From: Nitrosopumilaceae archaeon
GTDB taxonomy: Archaea > Thermoproteota > Nitrososphaeria > Nitrososphaerales > Nitrosopumilaceae
Direction: 5' to 3'
DNA: 64,000 nt
Assembly (NCBI GenBank): GCA_965208905.1
Contig: OZ242365.1
Coordinates: forward strand, 192,001-256,000
In this document: in pieces, positions 31,247 through 41,349 of the stretch
Numbering within the stretch: the first letter of the stretch is position 1
Layout: each line of letters starts with the position of its first letter
Notes under the pieces: generated by a model
Database searches by the model: none
What the model was told of the DNA's origin: nothing
The model's input: the letters and a program-made list of their open reading frames with translations, nothing else
Position numbers and translations under genes: made by a program

Positions 31247-31842
31247 TACATCTTACCCTTGGTACTGGCAGGACCCATCCTCTTGACATCAAGCGATGCG
31301 GCATTGCGCAATGAGACGGCCAGTGCTTTTGTGGCAGCTTCGGCAATGTGATGATCGTTGTTGCCGTGTATCGCTCGTATGTGTACGCATACTTCCATAT
31401 TCTGCAAGAGTGAGGTGAAAAAGTGCTCCAAATCCTCCTGTGGGACTCCTTCAGTGGCAGGTCCGGACAAGCCAAGTTGCACTACATTATATGGGCGGCG
31501 CACCAAGTCTATAGAGCATTCTGCCAATGACTCGTCCATCGGTATGCAACAGTGCGCAAAACGAAGTATATTATTTCTCTCTCCCAGAGCATCGCGTAGC
31601 GCCATTCCCAGTGTTATGGCTGTATCCTCTATAACGTGGTGTAGCATCCCATCATGGGATTTGCTCTTCACTGTAATGTCAATCATCGAATGGCGAGCCA
31701 ATGATGTGATGATGTGATCAATAAATCCAACAGTCGAGTCTACGTTCGCCTGGCCGGTACCATCTAGATTTACAGATACATATATTCCAGTCTCAGATGT
31801 CTCCCTGGTCATCTCAGCCTTTCTCTCCATTACATTATACAA
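31246..31842 (-). CDS. hisB: imidazoleglycerol-phosphate dehydratase
   Basis: RET.ET, HHVIED, PMDE, G.NDHHIAEA..KA, STKG. Confidence 0.96.
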   Translation of the reverse strand: MYNVMERKAEMTRETSETGIYVSVNLDGTGQANVDSTVGFIDHIITSLARHSMIDITVKSKSHDGMLHHVIEDTAITLGMALRDALGERNNILRFAHCCIPMDESLAECSIDLVRRPYNVVQLGLSGPATEGVPQEDLEHFFTSLLQNMEVCVHIRAIHGNNDHHIAEAATKALAVSLRNAASLDVKRMGPASTKGKM

Positions 31843-32313
31843 AACAATCAGGGATTTAACAGCTTTGCAGCTACATAGGGTAAACGTCAGGATATACCAA
31901 AAGAGTGTTCTGTAGAGTATTATTTGGTATCATGAGGATAGTCATACAGGTTGGTGACCTGCAGGTTTCTAAATGGTATTGACAGATAGAATTTCTATAC
32001 TGGATGCATTAGTGGTTCAAAGAGTGATAGTATGACAGCCTCATCACAGGGCGCATCATATCTAATACACATTCACAAAAGCTGATTTGCGCAACATCTA
32101 TTGCTCTGATTTATTGAGTAGGATACTCACGATACACCGTTGATTTATTATGTTTTGAGAATATTATAGGCTAGATATTTTTTGTCTGACAAATTACAGC
32201 ATATGTATTACAGTTCGGATTTCATACTACAAGTGACATATCTAGTTATTCAGAGTACCAACTATATGTTAATCACGCATAAAATTTCTTATTAATAGAA
32301 TAATTTCCAGTAG

Positions 32314-32526
32314 GGGTCATCTCAAAAACCATACAATGCATTAGATTTGAGGTACTCAAGTCTCGTCGTAGGAAACACAGTCATCAATGAATCCGGTCTA
32401 AAGGGTGCGACATGTATCGTTATAATAATGATTGAACTCAAGAGTCGCTTGACAACAACCAAAGGGATTTTAGAAAAATTTGAAAATAGTGTCAATATCA
32501 TATATCAAATTTTAAAAAAAACTTGA
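32314..32526 (+). pseudogene. probable decayed gene fragment inside a 1.2-kb AT-rich gap in the his operon
   Basis: Open stretch ...CIVIIMIELKSRLTTTKGILEKFENSVNIIYQIL ending just after an A8 run; resembles small PD-(D/E)xK-like proteins. Confidence 0.35.
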
Positions 32527-33030
32527 AATTAAAGACTGCAAAATAAGCTCCATACCATCTAGCAAATCATTCCTCCATCGTTCCTCACGGTATAATGGCC
32601 AACTTTGCAAAATTAAGAGCGAAAATACAATACAGTCATACACAAGATCAAATGCGGGGAATATTTGAGCGACTTTTTATGACAGGTTTTTTACCCATTA
32701 TGCACATCGCAAAGACCTGTAGATGCAACTGAAAAGATACTGGTAAAATCTTTGGAGGCCATACGTATAACATTCATCAATGATTTTTAGACAATAAATA
32801 CGAAATAAATTCTACACCAAATTAAATTTCAGTACTTGGACAATAATTATATAATTTTATTGTAATTTTTGCCATAATTTAACCAGTGTTTTATATGGTA
32901 TTAAAATTAGTATATTAAACCAAAATGTTGCGCAACAACATGCATTTGATCATACCAAAGACATAACATCAAAGATGTGTTATGGAATAGTCATTATGTT
33001 ATCTACTAGCTATTACAAGATTTGACATTC

Positions 33031-33912
33031 CTACAATAGTAGTTCAAGATGTGATAAAGACTCAATTGTATAGTCAGCTCCATTATATTGAAGAGCTCGC
33101 TCTCTTTGAGATGGGTCTATTGATGAGCCCCACACGCCCACAAACGTAACAGAGTCCACACGTTTGGCCATAATCAAGTCCTCCACAGAGTCACCGACAT
33201 ATATGCAGTTTTGTATCTTCATCTTTTGTATGGCCGACTTTAATGGTTCAGGATTAGGTTTTGCCAAAGCTCGGGGCTCATCCTCTAAAAACGAGGATGC
33301 CTGAACATCAAATATCTTCATGAATCCGCCTAATGTATATGATGCTGACTTGTAGCCACGGCCAGTCACCATACCTATTTTATCATGGAACCGCCGTACC
33401 AATACGTCAGATATTTTATCATCTATATAGAGCCGTTCTGTGTCAATCAATCCAGGTTCGCTAAATTTTGAAGGACGATTGAATATTGTTCTGTATAATG
33501 ATGGTCCATAAAATATCTGATCAAAGACCTCCTGAACCACACTATTACATCCAGGATATGCCAACTCATCTATCATATCATGTATGTTGTGTATCTCGTT
33601 GGCCCTCTGTTCTGTATCATGTATACCCTTGTTGTGCACGGATAACTTCATGGCAGTTTTGTATGGGTCAAGACCAGCTCGATGGCCAGCAACTATCGAT
33701 AATATTATAGAGTAAGTTAGGTCTATCTCGTTGTTGTATGCGCCCGTGTCCTTAAATGACTGTATTAGTGGTCCGATCTCAGGTTCAGATACAGGTATGC
33801 TAAAACTATACAAGATATTATGAGTCGTTAACGATATTGTCTTGTAGTATGAATTGGCCACATCAACCAATACACCATCGCAATCAAACACAATCCCATC
33901 AGCGGTTATCAT
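33031..33912 (-). CDS. HAD-family hydrolase (candidate histidinol-phosphatase)
   Basis: FDCDGVLVD, VTGR, KPNP and YVGDS.ED motifs; overlaps the hisC stop. Confidence 0.85.
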   Translation of the reverse strand: MITADGIVFDCDGVLVDVANSYYKTISLTTHNILYSFSIPVSEPEIGPLIQSFKDTGAYNNEIDLTYSIILSIVAGHRAGLDPYKTAMKLSVHNKGIHDTEQRANEIHNIHDMIDELAYPGCNSVVQEVFDQIFYGPSLYRTIFNRPSKFSEPGLIDTERLYIDDKISDVLVRRFHDKIGMVTGRGYKSASYTLGGFMKIFDVQASSFLEDEPRALAKPNPEPLKSAIQKMKIQNCIYVGDSVEDLIMAKRVDSVTFVGVWGSSIDPSQRERALQYNGADYTIESLSHLELLL

Positions 33913-34958
33913 TTCAACAAGTCTCTAACAGCCAGTAAAAATCGTGAGTTCATCTTGTGTGTTCCAACGCTCACTCGCAGGCAGCCGGCGGCATCTCCTA
34001 GTTGCCCGAGCACTCTAACATGTATTCCCTGCTCTGCCAAGGCTTTGTGTATACGACGATAAGAGCCACCAGCATCAAAGAGCACAAAGTTAGCATTAGA
34101 GTCGAATACCCTAAAGGCGCTAAACTCACGTAATGATTGCACAATACGGTCACGCTCTTCTCGGATCACATCCCAAGAGGCAGATATTTCATCACGTAGT
34201 TGTAGCGCCCGTATGGCACCGTCTATAGATACTATGGATAGTGGATAAGGATACTGTATCATGCGGCGGAACGCATCTGTAATATGTGTATCAGCGACCA
34301 TGTACCCCACCCGCAAACCTGCCAGACCAAACGATTTGGAGAGTGTGCGCACTACCATTAACTGAGGCATATCCAAGACCATCTTACTGGCTGAAAATAC
34401 TCCAAAGTCTGCATACGCCTCATCTAATATTATGGGCGTGTCACATGATTCAATCAATCTATGTAAATCGCCCGGAGGTATCTGATATCCAGTAGGATTG
34501 TTAGGCGAGTCCAGATATATCATGTCAACAGATGGAGCGTGCTGTATTATTGTATCCATGTCAAGGCTCATATCACTTCGACATTTTACACGTTTTAGTT
34601 GTATATTGTGTAGTTGGCACCGATCAACAAAGAAAGAGAATGTGGGGTCAGAGGCCAGTATTTTAGAGCCGGCCATCTTTGAGAGTATCATGTCTAGAAT
34701 TTGGTCCGAACCGTTGCCGACCGAGATATAATTCTCAGATATATTCAGATATTTAGATAGACTGGATATTAGCCTCTCGGTGCCATCCAACGGGTATATG
34801 CGTATGTCCGAGTTTATGTCGGCGGTTATCTTATCTTGTATATGTTGAGATATAGCAAGGTTCTCGTTGGAGTCCAACCGCAGACCACCATGTGTTGCTG
34901 GTTTTTCATATGATGATAGTTTAGAGAGTGCATCAAGTCGCTCACGGAATGTACTCAT
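33909..34958 (-). CDS. hisC: histidinol-phosphate aminotransferase
   Basis: LDSNEN, GNGSD, SPNNPTG, DEAY, RTLSKSFGLAGLRVGY. Confidence 0.96.
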   Translation of the reverse strand: MSTFRERLDALSKLSSYEKPATHGGLRLDSNENLAISQHIQDKITADINSDIRIYPLDGTERLISSLSKYLNISENYISVGNGSDQILDMILSKMAGSKILASDPTFSFFVDRCQLHNIQLKRVKCRSDMSLDMDTIIQHAPSVDMIYLDSPNNPTGYQIPPGDLHRLIESCDTPIILDEAYADFGVFSASKMVLDMPQLMVVRTLSKSFGLAGLRVGYMVADTHITDAFRRMIQYPYPLSIVSIDGAIRALQLRDEISASWDVIREERDRIVQSLREFSAFRVFDSNANFVLFDAGGSYRRIHKALAEQGIHVRVLGQLGDAAGCLRVSVGTHKMNSRFLLAVRDLLK

Positions 34959-36187
34959 TTTAAACGACCCCGCACTGCTTCATAGTGATTGTACAGTCCT
35001 TCAGAGTCTGTAATGTTTTGTATCTGCGGCGCAATCTTGCCAAGTCGTGTATTATCGGCTTGAGCTGTAACCTTCATCTTTACAAAGTCAAGTACGGACA
35101 ATGGTCCTCGAATCTGACCTTGCCTGTTGGTGGGGAGTATGTGGTTTGTTCCTAGCATGTAATCACTGGCCGCCGAGGGCGTGTCGGATCCCAATAGAAT
35201 TAAACCCGGAGACTGTATCTTGGAGGCATCTTGTTTAGGGTTTGTGGTCATTATCTGTAGATGTTCTGGGGAGAGCCTCTCTGCTAGTTGTGTAGCATCG
35301 TGTATTGTGTTGCACACGACGATAAAACCATTATTGTATAGGCTGTCCCGTACTATATCAGGACGCCGTATGGTTTGTAGTCGATACTCTATCTGTTCGG
35401 ATACGCGTTGAGCCATACTGTGCGAATCTGTCAATAAAAAGCAGAATGTATCCCGGCTGTGCTCTGCCTGAGATATCATATCAAGTGCTACAAAGTCCGG
35501 ACTTGCATTCGAGTCGGCAATTATACCCAGCTCGGTGGGGCCAGCATCCATATCAATCGATGTCACATCACAGACCAGTCGTTTTGCCTGAGACACTATA
35601 GAGCCGCCTGGTCCCACAATCTTGTGTACGGGCCGTATCGTCTCTGTGCCGTATGCCAGTGCAGCAATTGCTTGAGCCCCGCCGGTCTGGTATATCTTGT
35701 GCGCTCCACAGTAGTGAGCTGCCACTATGGTGGCCGCATCTATAGGAGGTGGGGAGACTGCAACTATATTTGGTACACCCGATACAGCGGCAGGCGTTAT
35801 TGACATTATGGCGGAGCTGGCATATCTAGCTTGGCCTCCGGGTATGTAGCAGCCCACACTTGGTATGGGACAGAACTGTCGTACCATATGGGATGCAGGT
35901 ATGCTGTTTAATGTGTCGTATAGTATACGTTCATTTTCACGCAATACATCAGCCATTGCTTGTATGGCTTCACGCGTAGCGTCAGGTATGGCATCATATG
36001 CAGCCTTTATCTCATCATCAGATACAAGTAGAGGTCCCGCATATCCGGTGAACTTTTTTTCGTATTCGTGTAATGCCTCATCACCGCGCTCTTTAATGTC
36101 GTGTATAATATTTTTTACTGTATCAGAGACTGTTATGGGGGGCCTGCCCAGCGCAGTAGTGTCGCTCAGCTCCAGTATACGAATCAA
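34955..36187 (-). CDS. hisD: histidinol dehydrogenase
   Basis: VGCYIPGG, GGAQAIAALAYGT, AGPTE, QAEH, PEHL, DY..GTNHILPT. Confidence 0.97.
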   Translation of the reverse strand: MIRILELSDTTALGRPPITVSDTVKNIIHDIKERGDEALHEYEKKFTGYAGPLLVSDDEIKAAYDAIPDATREAIQAMADVLRENERILYDTLNSIPASHMVRQFCPIPSVGCYIPGGQARYASSAIMSITPAAVSGVPNIVAVSPPPIDAATIVAAHYCGAHKIYQTGGAQAIAALAYGTETIRPVHKIVGPGGSIVSQAKRLVCDVTSIDMDAGPTELGIIADSNASPDFVALDMISQAEHSRDTFCFLLTDSHSMAQRVSEQIEYRLQTIRRPDIVRDSLYNNGFIVVCNTIHDATQLAERLSPEHLQIMTTNPKQDASKIQSPGLILLGSDTPSAASDYMLGTNHILPTNRQGQIRGPLSVLDFVKMKVTAQADNTRLGKIAPQIQNITDSEGLYNHYEAVRGRLK

Positions 36188-37140
36188 TTTTCAATATCCA
36201 GTATCTGACGAGGTTCGTGGACTACCAATCCTTGTGCCAAACGAGAGAGCCGAGGTACTAGTTTGTGGTATTCGGCCTTGCGAATTATGGTATTTACGGC
36301 ATACCAGTTTGGATCGCTTAATGGACTTATGGTGGGCCGTTTGAGGGACGTAAGTTGTTCAAGAACCATACCCAGATTGCTCCTATGAACGTTAAAGTAG
36401 ATGTGTAAGTGCTTTCTGGCCTGAACGGCTCCCTGTAATAGCGATGTAATCTCGCGCATTATTTCACACTTTGCGGGATTGTTCAGTGTTTCTTTGTTGG
36501 ATATAAGGCGGGCGCTGGAATGCATTATGGTATCTACGATCTTTAGATTATTTTGGGTTAGTGTGGTACCTGTCTCAGTAACATCCACTATGGCATCCAC
36601 ATCTAGAGGCGGTTTTGCTTCGGTGGCACCAAATGAGAGATGAATCTGGACTGCTTTGTTGTCACCCCGACGGAGCCAAGGTGTTATAATCAACGGGTCC
36701 TGATCCCCAAAGGCATCCTTGTAGGCTCTTCGCTGTTTGATAAATGAGGAGGATGTGGTCAAGTATTCTGAGGATATACGAAGTGTGCGGTTGTTTGAGG
36801 CGTAATCTGCAATCAAGTCGTTTAATGAGTCAAATTTTAACGAGTTGTGAAATGCTGTTACCACCTTTATACGACCATACTCCAAGTCTGCAATCTCATC
36901 CACATTTGCAACTGTCTCTTGTATCCAGTCGCGACCAGTAATACCTACATCGTACAATCCTTCAGCCACTAAAGTTGGTATCTCTTGTGGACGCATCAAC
37001 TTTACTAAGATGTCTGGATCATCAAGATAAACATCATAACTGCGTTCTTTGCGCTTTACCTTTGCCCATGCCTCTCTTAGCAACTTGAATGTAGCCTCTT
37101 CAAGACTTCCTTTGGGTATTGCAAACCGAACCTGTGCCAT
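36184..37140 (-). CDS. hisG: ATP phosphoribosyltransferase
   Basis: AIPKGSL, RPQEIP, GITG.D, GATE, D...TGTTL..N.L, C-terminal PTISPL. Confidence 0.96.
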   Translation of the reverse strand: MAQVRFAIPKGSLEEATFKLLREAWAKVKRKERSYDVYLDDPDILVKLMRPQEIPTLVAEGLYDVGITGRDWIQETVANVDEIADLEYGRIKVVTAFHNSLKFDSLNDLIADYASNNRTLRISSEYLTTSSSFIKQRRAYKDAFGDQDPLIITPWLRRGDNKAVQIHLSFGATEAKPPLDVDAIVDVTETGTTLTQNNLKIVDTIMHSSARLISNKETLNNPAKCEIMREITSLLQGAVQARKHLHIYFNVHRSNLGMVLEQLTSLKRPTISPLSDPNWYAVNTIIRKAEYHKLVPRLSRLAQGLVVHEPRQILDIEN

Positions 37141-37392
37141 TATCTATCTGTTTGAGTGTGGTTCTAATATATTATATTGGTTAGTTCTATGAGGTCAAAA
37201 CTTTTGGATGGTGTAAACTAGTAGTGTTTGGGTGTTGATATTATATCGTATAGTGTTAGTTTAGAAGTACATGGTGAGCAGGCACCACACAGTCTGAAAA
37301 TGAATTTGATGATACATCAAGATATACATCTGATAAATTTGAGAGATAGGACATGATAAAATATCTTTAAGGCGGTCAAGATAATACGTAAT

Positions 37393-37809
37393 ATGCCAGA
37401 TGAGAGGAATCGTGTAAAGGCGACAAAGGCAACTGCCAATGCACTCCTAAGTGACGTAAGGCAGTACATGGACGATAATGGATATCTTTCATGGTCAGAG
37501 AGGGATAAAAAGTACATACTATTAGGTACAAACTCGCCCAAAAGTGGATTGGTGGACTGTCCAGAGTGCACCATAGGGAGAATCATAATGATACGCTCCA
37601 AATCCACTGGTAAGCGATTTTTGGGGTGTACAAACTATGCTAATGGCTGTACTGCATCATCCCCTCTTCTGCAAAAGGCGCGGCTTCGGGTCACAAAGAC
37701 CCCCTGCGACATATGCAGGTGGCCCATTGTGATATTTCGATATTCTAGAAATCAAAAATGGTCCCGACAGTGCTCTAATATCAACTGCGAATCGCATAAA
37801 GTCACTTAG
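37393..37809 (+). CDS. topoisomerase-type C4 zinc-ribbon protein
   Basis: CPEC...RFLGCTNY..GC and CDIC...C...C. Confidence 0.85.
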   Translation: MPDERNRVKATKATANALLSDVRQYMDDNGYLSWSERDKKYILLGTNSPKSGLVDCPECTIGRIIMIRSKSTGKRFLGCTNYANGCTASSPLLQKARLRVTKTPCDICRWPIVIFRYSRNQKWSRQCSNINCESHKVT

Positions 37810-38620
37810 GTATATCCTTCAATTCAGGGTATATGTCCAAACGCCTATTCTTAAGGAGTGGTAGTTTCTCTCTTGTACTATCCACAACAGATGTGTTGAT
37901 GTCTACATATGCAATATCCTCCTCATCGCCCAGCTCGAATATTATGTCTCCAAAGGGATCTATAGCCATACTATGTCCGCAGTAGATATTCTTCGTATGG
38001 GCCGGCGCTATAACATAGCAGCCGTTCTCTATGGCTCGGGCACGATTCATTATAAGCCAGTGATCTTTCTTGCGATATCCGCGTACCCATGCCGATGGTG
38101 CAATTAGAACCTGTGAGCCGGCATCAGTTAGGGCCCTGGACACCTCAGGAAAGCGCAAGTCGTAGCATATCAGTACTCCGACCATTCCAGCAGATGTCTG
38201 TATTGGTAATGATATGGCATCACCCTGTACAAGTTTGTCCGACTCTGTAAATCCCAAGGCATCATACAGGTGTGTCTTTCTGTATGTAGATGTGATCTCG
38301 CCAGAGTTGTTAATTATAAAGGCAGTGTCATAGACGCGTTCTGGTACAGGGCTGGTCTCGTAAAATGTTCCCACCACCTCAATTTGGTTATCTTTAGCAG
38401 CTTGACATATTGATGTGACAAACGGTCCTGTTATATCCTCAGAGTCATCGGCAAGCTGTGCCGGGGTCATGTCGGATGGAGTGTGAAACATCATAAATTC
38501 AGGAAAGGTGCACATATGAGCCCCTTCTTCAGCTGTTTGGCGAATATACTCTAGTATTCGGTCTTGATTTACATCCTTATCTATGGATGCCTTCATTTGG
38601 ACTACAGCTATTTTGGCCAT
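37802..38620 (-). CDS. carbon-nitrogen hydrolase (nitrilase superfamily)
   Basis: FPE, YRKTHLYD and ICYDLRFPE catalytic triad; RAIEN. Confidence 0.93.
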   Translation of the reverse strand: MAKIAVVQMKASIDKDVNQDRILEYIRQTAEEGAHMCTFPEFMMFHTPSDMTPAQLADDSEDITGPFVTSICQAAKDNQIEVVGTFYETSPVPERVYDTAFIINNSGEITSTYRKTHLYDALGFTESDKLVQGDAISLPIQTSAGMVGVLICYDLRFPEVSRALTDAGSQVLIAPSAWVRGYRKKDHWLIMNRARAIENGCYVIAPAHTKNIYCGHSMAIDPFGDIIFELGDEEDIAYVDINTSVVDSTREKLPLLKNRRLDIYPELKDIPK

Positions 38621-38656
38621 CTTAAAACATACAGTATAAGTCAAAAATAAAAGAGT

Positions 38657-38833
38657 TTAAAGTGGTTTGCCGGCATGAAACCAGTTCTCTGAGGGATTCT
38701 CTTCAAACACGACTATTACATGGTTTGCTTTGGCTCCAAGAATCTCGGTGGCGGCCTTTGTTATTGTGCGGGCGAACTCACTCTTTTGTTCTGCACTCCT
38801 ACCTGGATACATTGATATCTTTATCAAGGGCAT
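38657..38833 (-). CDS. 4-oxalocrotonate tautomerase family protein
   Basis: MPLIKI....GRS.EQK...IT with N-terminal Pro. Confidence 0.9.
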   Translation of the reverse strand: MPLIKISMYPGRSAEQKSEFARTITKAATEILGAKANHVIVVFEENPSENWFHAGKPL

Positions 38834-38865
38834 ACTTTTGCACCACACAATACACAATAAAATGA

Positions 38866-39675
38866 TTATCTATAGTCGTCAGGCCTGTACCCATAGCGGG
38901 TCCCGTATGTGGGCTCCCTATAGAACATCTTTTTGTAGAGATATCCAACAGCCAGCCCCACAACAAATCCTCCAATGTGGGCCAAATATGCTACACCACC
39001 ACCGGCCACACCAAATCCACTCACAAAGAACGGTAATAAATTCTGAAATACAAGCCAGAATGGCAAAAACCATCTTGCCTGTATGTGCATCATACGCCAA
39101 AAGAAGAAGAGCATCAGTACTGTCAGTATACGGGCGCGGGGAAACAGTACAAGATATGCACCCAGAATTCCAGATACTGCACCTGATGCGCCCACTGCTG
39201 GAATAACACTGGAGAAGTCGCCTGCTACATGTGCAAGTCCGGCCAACACGCCCCAAGCCAGATATATTCCCAGATACTTGAATCTACCAAATCTGTACTC
39301 TATATTATCGCCAAATATCCACAAAAATAGCATATTTCCACCCAAATGTAGTATGCCACCATGCAGAAATGTCGATGATACCAGTGTGAATAATGGATTG
39401 TTTGGACACTCTACGCTGAACGGCCCACTCCCAAAGTTCAATGTTAGAGTGTCGGCCCCCATTATACACTGTGGTACTGCCCCCCATTCGTAGAATAGTT
39501 GGAGGGCACGTCCATTGGTAAAGTCTATGAACTGCCCTGTCACAATAATCTCAAATATGAATGCCCCCACATTGACTGCAATGAGCATATATGTCATGTA
39601 TGGCTTCCATCTTCCCCGAGTCTGCCTCTCATGTTCGTCCAGATAGGAATTATCATCTTTTATTGGTAGTAGCAT
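38866..39675 (-). CDS. rhomboid family intramembrane serine protease
   Basis: FLHGG..HL.GNMLFLWIFGDN.E, GASGA, AY.AHIGG. Confidence 0.95.
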   Translation of the reverse strand: MLLPIKDDNSYLDEHERQTRGRWKPYMTYMLIAVNVGAFIFEIIVTGQFIDFTNGRALQLFYEWGAVPQCIMGADTLTLNFGSGPFSVECPNNPLFTLVSSTFLHGGILHLGGNMLFLWIFGDNIEYRFGRFKYLGIYLAWGVLAGLAHVAGDFSSVIPAVGASGAVSGILGAYLVLFPRARILTVLMLFFFWRMMHIQARWFLPFWLVFQNLLPFFVSGFGVAGGGVAYLAHIGGFVVGLAVGYLYKKMFYREPTYGTRYGYRPDDYR

Positions 39676-40024
39676 GCATTGTAGTATATGCCGAAATTGT
39701 TTAAATATTACTGAAAGTTGTTCTTGTGCAAATTCGGGCGTTATCTGGATTATGCAGTTTCAGAGCCCGTGTCTTTGACCAGGATGGCCGGATTTTGTCC
39801 GGTTGGACGATCTTGAACAGTATCTGGCAGTGGTGGTTTTAGTCGTACCGCTGGTTCGCATGAAAGACGGACGATAGACGCTGTCGTCTCATCTCGCCCG
39901 GCATGTACGGCAACATGGTCACATCGTTGATGCTGCTCTGGACGATCTCTGACTCCAGTATGGTCCCCGGCCGCTCTTCTCTTGGCGCGGACACGGGTGC
40001 CCCCGCACCAAATTTGTCACGATG

Positions 40025-40124
40025 TAAATCATAAATGATGTCTTGTTGCTGTGTCTCAGGTGGTAGTATATCCAATAGTCCGGTCGTCTATTCATTGCCG
40101 AGTGTGGGGGATCAGCGATCAAAA
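40025..40124. repeat. 100-bp dispersed repeat, copy 2 (copy 1 at 2099-2198)
   Basis: 89/100 ungapped identity to copy 1. Confidence 0.9.
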
Positions 40125-40131
40125 GATACAT

Positions 40132-41349
40132 CTACTCGGGGATGACAACTATGATGCCCAACTCGATCATGTATGAGATGGACTTTAGAAATTCATCATC
40201 AGAGATTGTACCGTCCGCATACCATAGGGCCAGTGGGACCAACCAGCGGGGTAGGTAGGGCTCACCTTTGTATCCAGTAGAGATCATATCAAGATCAGAC
40301 AGTAGAAAGAGATCATCTAATATATCATCTTTAGACTCATCCAAAGCCCACTGCTCTGCATCATATCTTAGATATTCAGGTACAAGTGGTTCTAGTGTAG
40401 GGCCAGGAACGAACCCCCGTATAGTTATGACATCTTGAGATAGTTTTCGTATATCAAAAGCCAGATGCCACATCCCCAGCTCATCCACACTCTGTACAAA
40501 GTCTATCTCTGCTCCGTTTCTATACACCTGAAAAGTCTCCTGTCTAGTCACTGGAGGTATCTCAATGTTGGCAAATGTCTCAAACGTATAGCTGTTAGTA
40601 GTCTGTAATGTCAGTGTGGTGCCGTTCTCGGTAAATTCAGGCCTGTAAATCCATGCGCCAGACTCGTATCGAAGATTGTACGTCATATCGCCTCGCTGAG
40701 CCTTTATTGGGTATGTGGAGCGAGAGCTGGGAGCAAAGCAGCTATAATATGTTACATCATCAGATACAGCAGGGTCTGGATGCATTACAAATCTTCCCAT
40801 TTGGCCTGGGTCTAATGGTCCTATCTCATGTAGACTCTGAGAGACATCCAAGGCTCCATCCATACCATGAACAACAGCCCATATTGTAATGTCTTGTACT
40901 GTGTAATTACCATCATTGATTACAAATCCAGAGAGGGTCCCATTTGTGTGCAGTACAAGTGTCTCATCATATATGACTGATACCCGGGGTGCATAGCCAG
41001 TAGTGTTATAATATTCAACTTGTGGGTCCAACAGTACCAAATTATCATATGGTTGAGGTATCTGTGGCATCTTTACCTTGAATGGCAACTCGGAATTGGC
41101 AGGCAAAAAGTCATGGCGTATGGTGACTGTATATATGATATCACCATCAGTTGCTGAAATTGTAACGGTTGTGGATATGTCTACAGGTTCCGTATTCTTG
41201 ACATTTCCAATTATGGTGTACATGCCGTTGGTATCTACATACGAAAGATATTCGTTGTTCGGGACATAGACTTCGGCTGTGGCACTCAGTGTACCCACAA
41301 GTATTATCATACATGATAGTGGAACAGTTGTATATCTAGTCAAGATCAA
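40132..41349 (-). CDS. secreted/surface protein with thaumarchaeal C-terminal P.W...A.WW..G.I.D domain
   Basis: Signal peptide, two Ig-like G.V.N units, C-terminal LPRWLVPLALWYADGTISDDEFL. Confidence 0.75.
   Translation of the reverse strand: MILTRYTTVPLSCMIILVGTLSATAEVYVPNNEYLSYVDTNGMYTIIGNVKNTEPVDISTTVTISATDGDIIYTVTIRHDFLPANSELPFKVKMPQIPQPYDNLVLLDPQVEYYNTTGYAPRVSVIYDETLVLHTNGTLSGFVINDGNYTVQDITIWAVVHGMDGALDVSQSLHEIGPLDPGQMGRFVMHPDPAVSDDVTYYSCFAPSSRSTYPIKAQRGDMTYNLRYESGAWIYRPEFTENGTTLTLQTTNSYTFETFANIEIPPVTRQETFQVYRNGAEIDFVQSVDELGMWHLAFDIRKLSQDVITIRGFVPGPTLEPLVPEYLRYDAEQWALDESKDDILDDLFLLSDLDMISTGYKGEPYLPRWLVPLALWYADGTISDDEFLKSISYMIELGIIVVIPE

Noticed and set aside
28579-37140. No hisE in the his operon
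   Set aside because: Absence from one window says nothing about the genome; not evidence of novelty.
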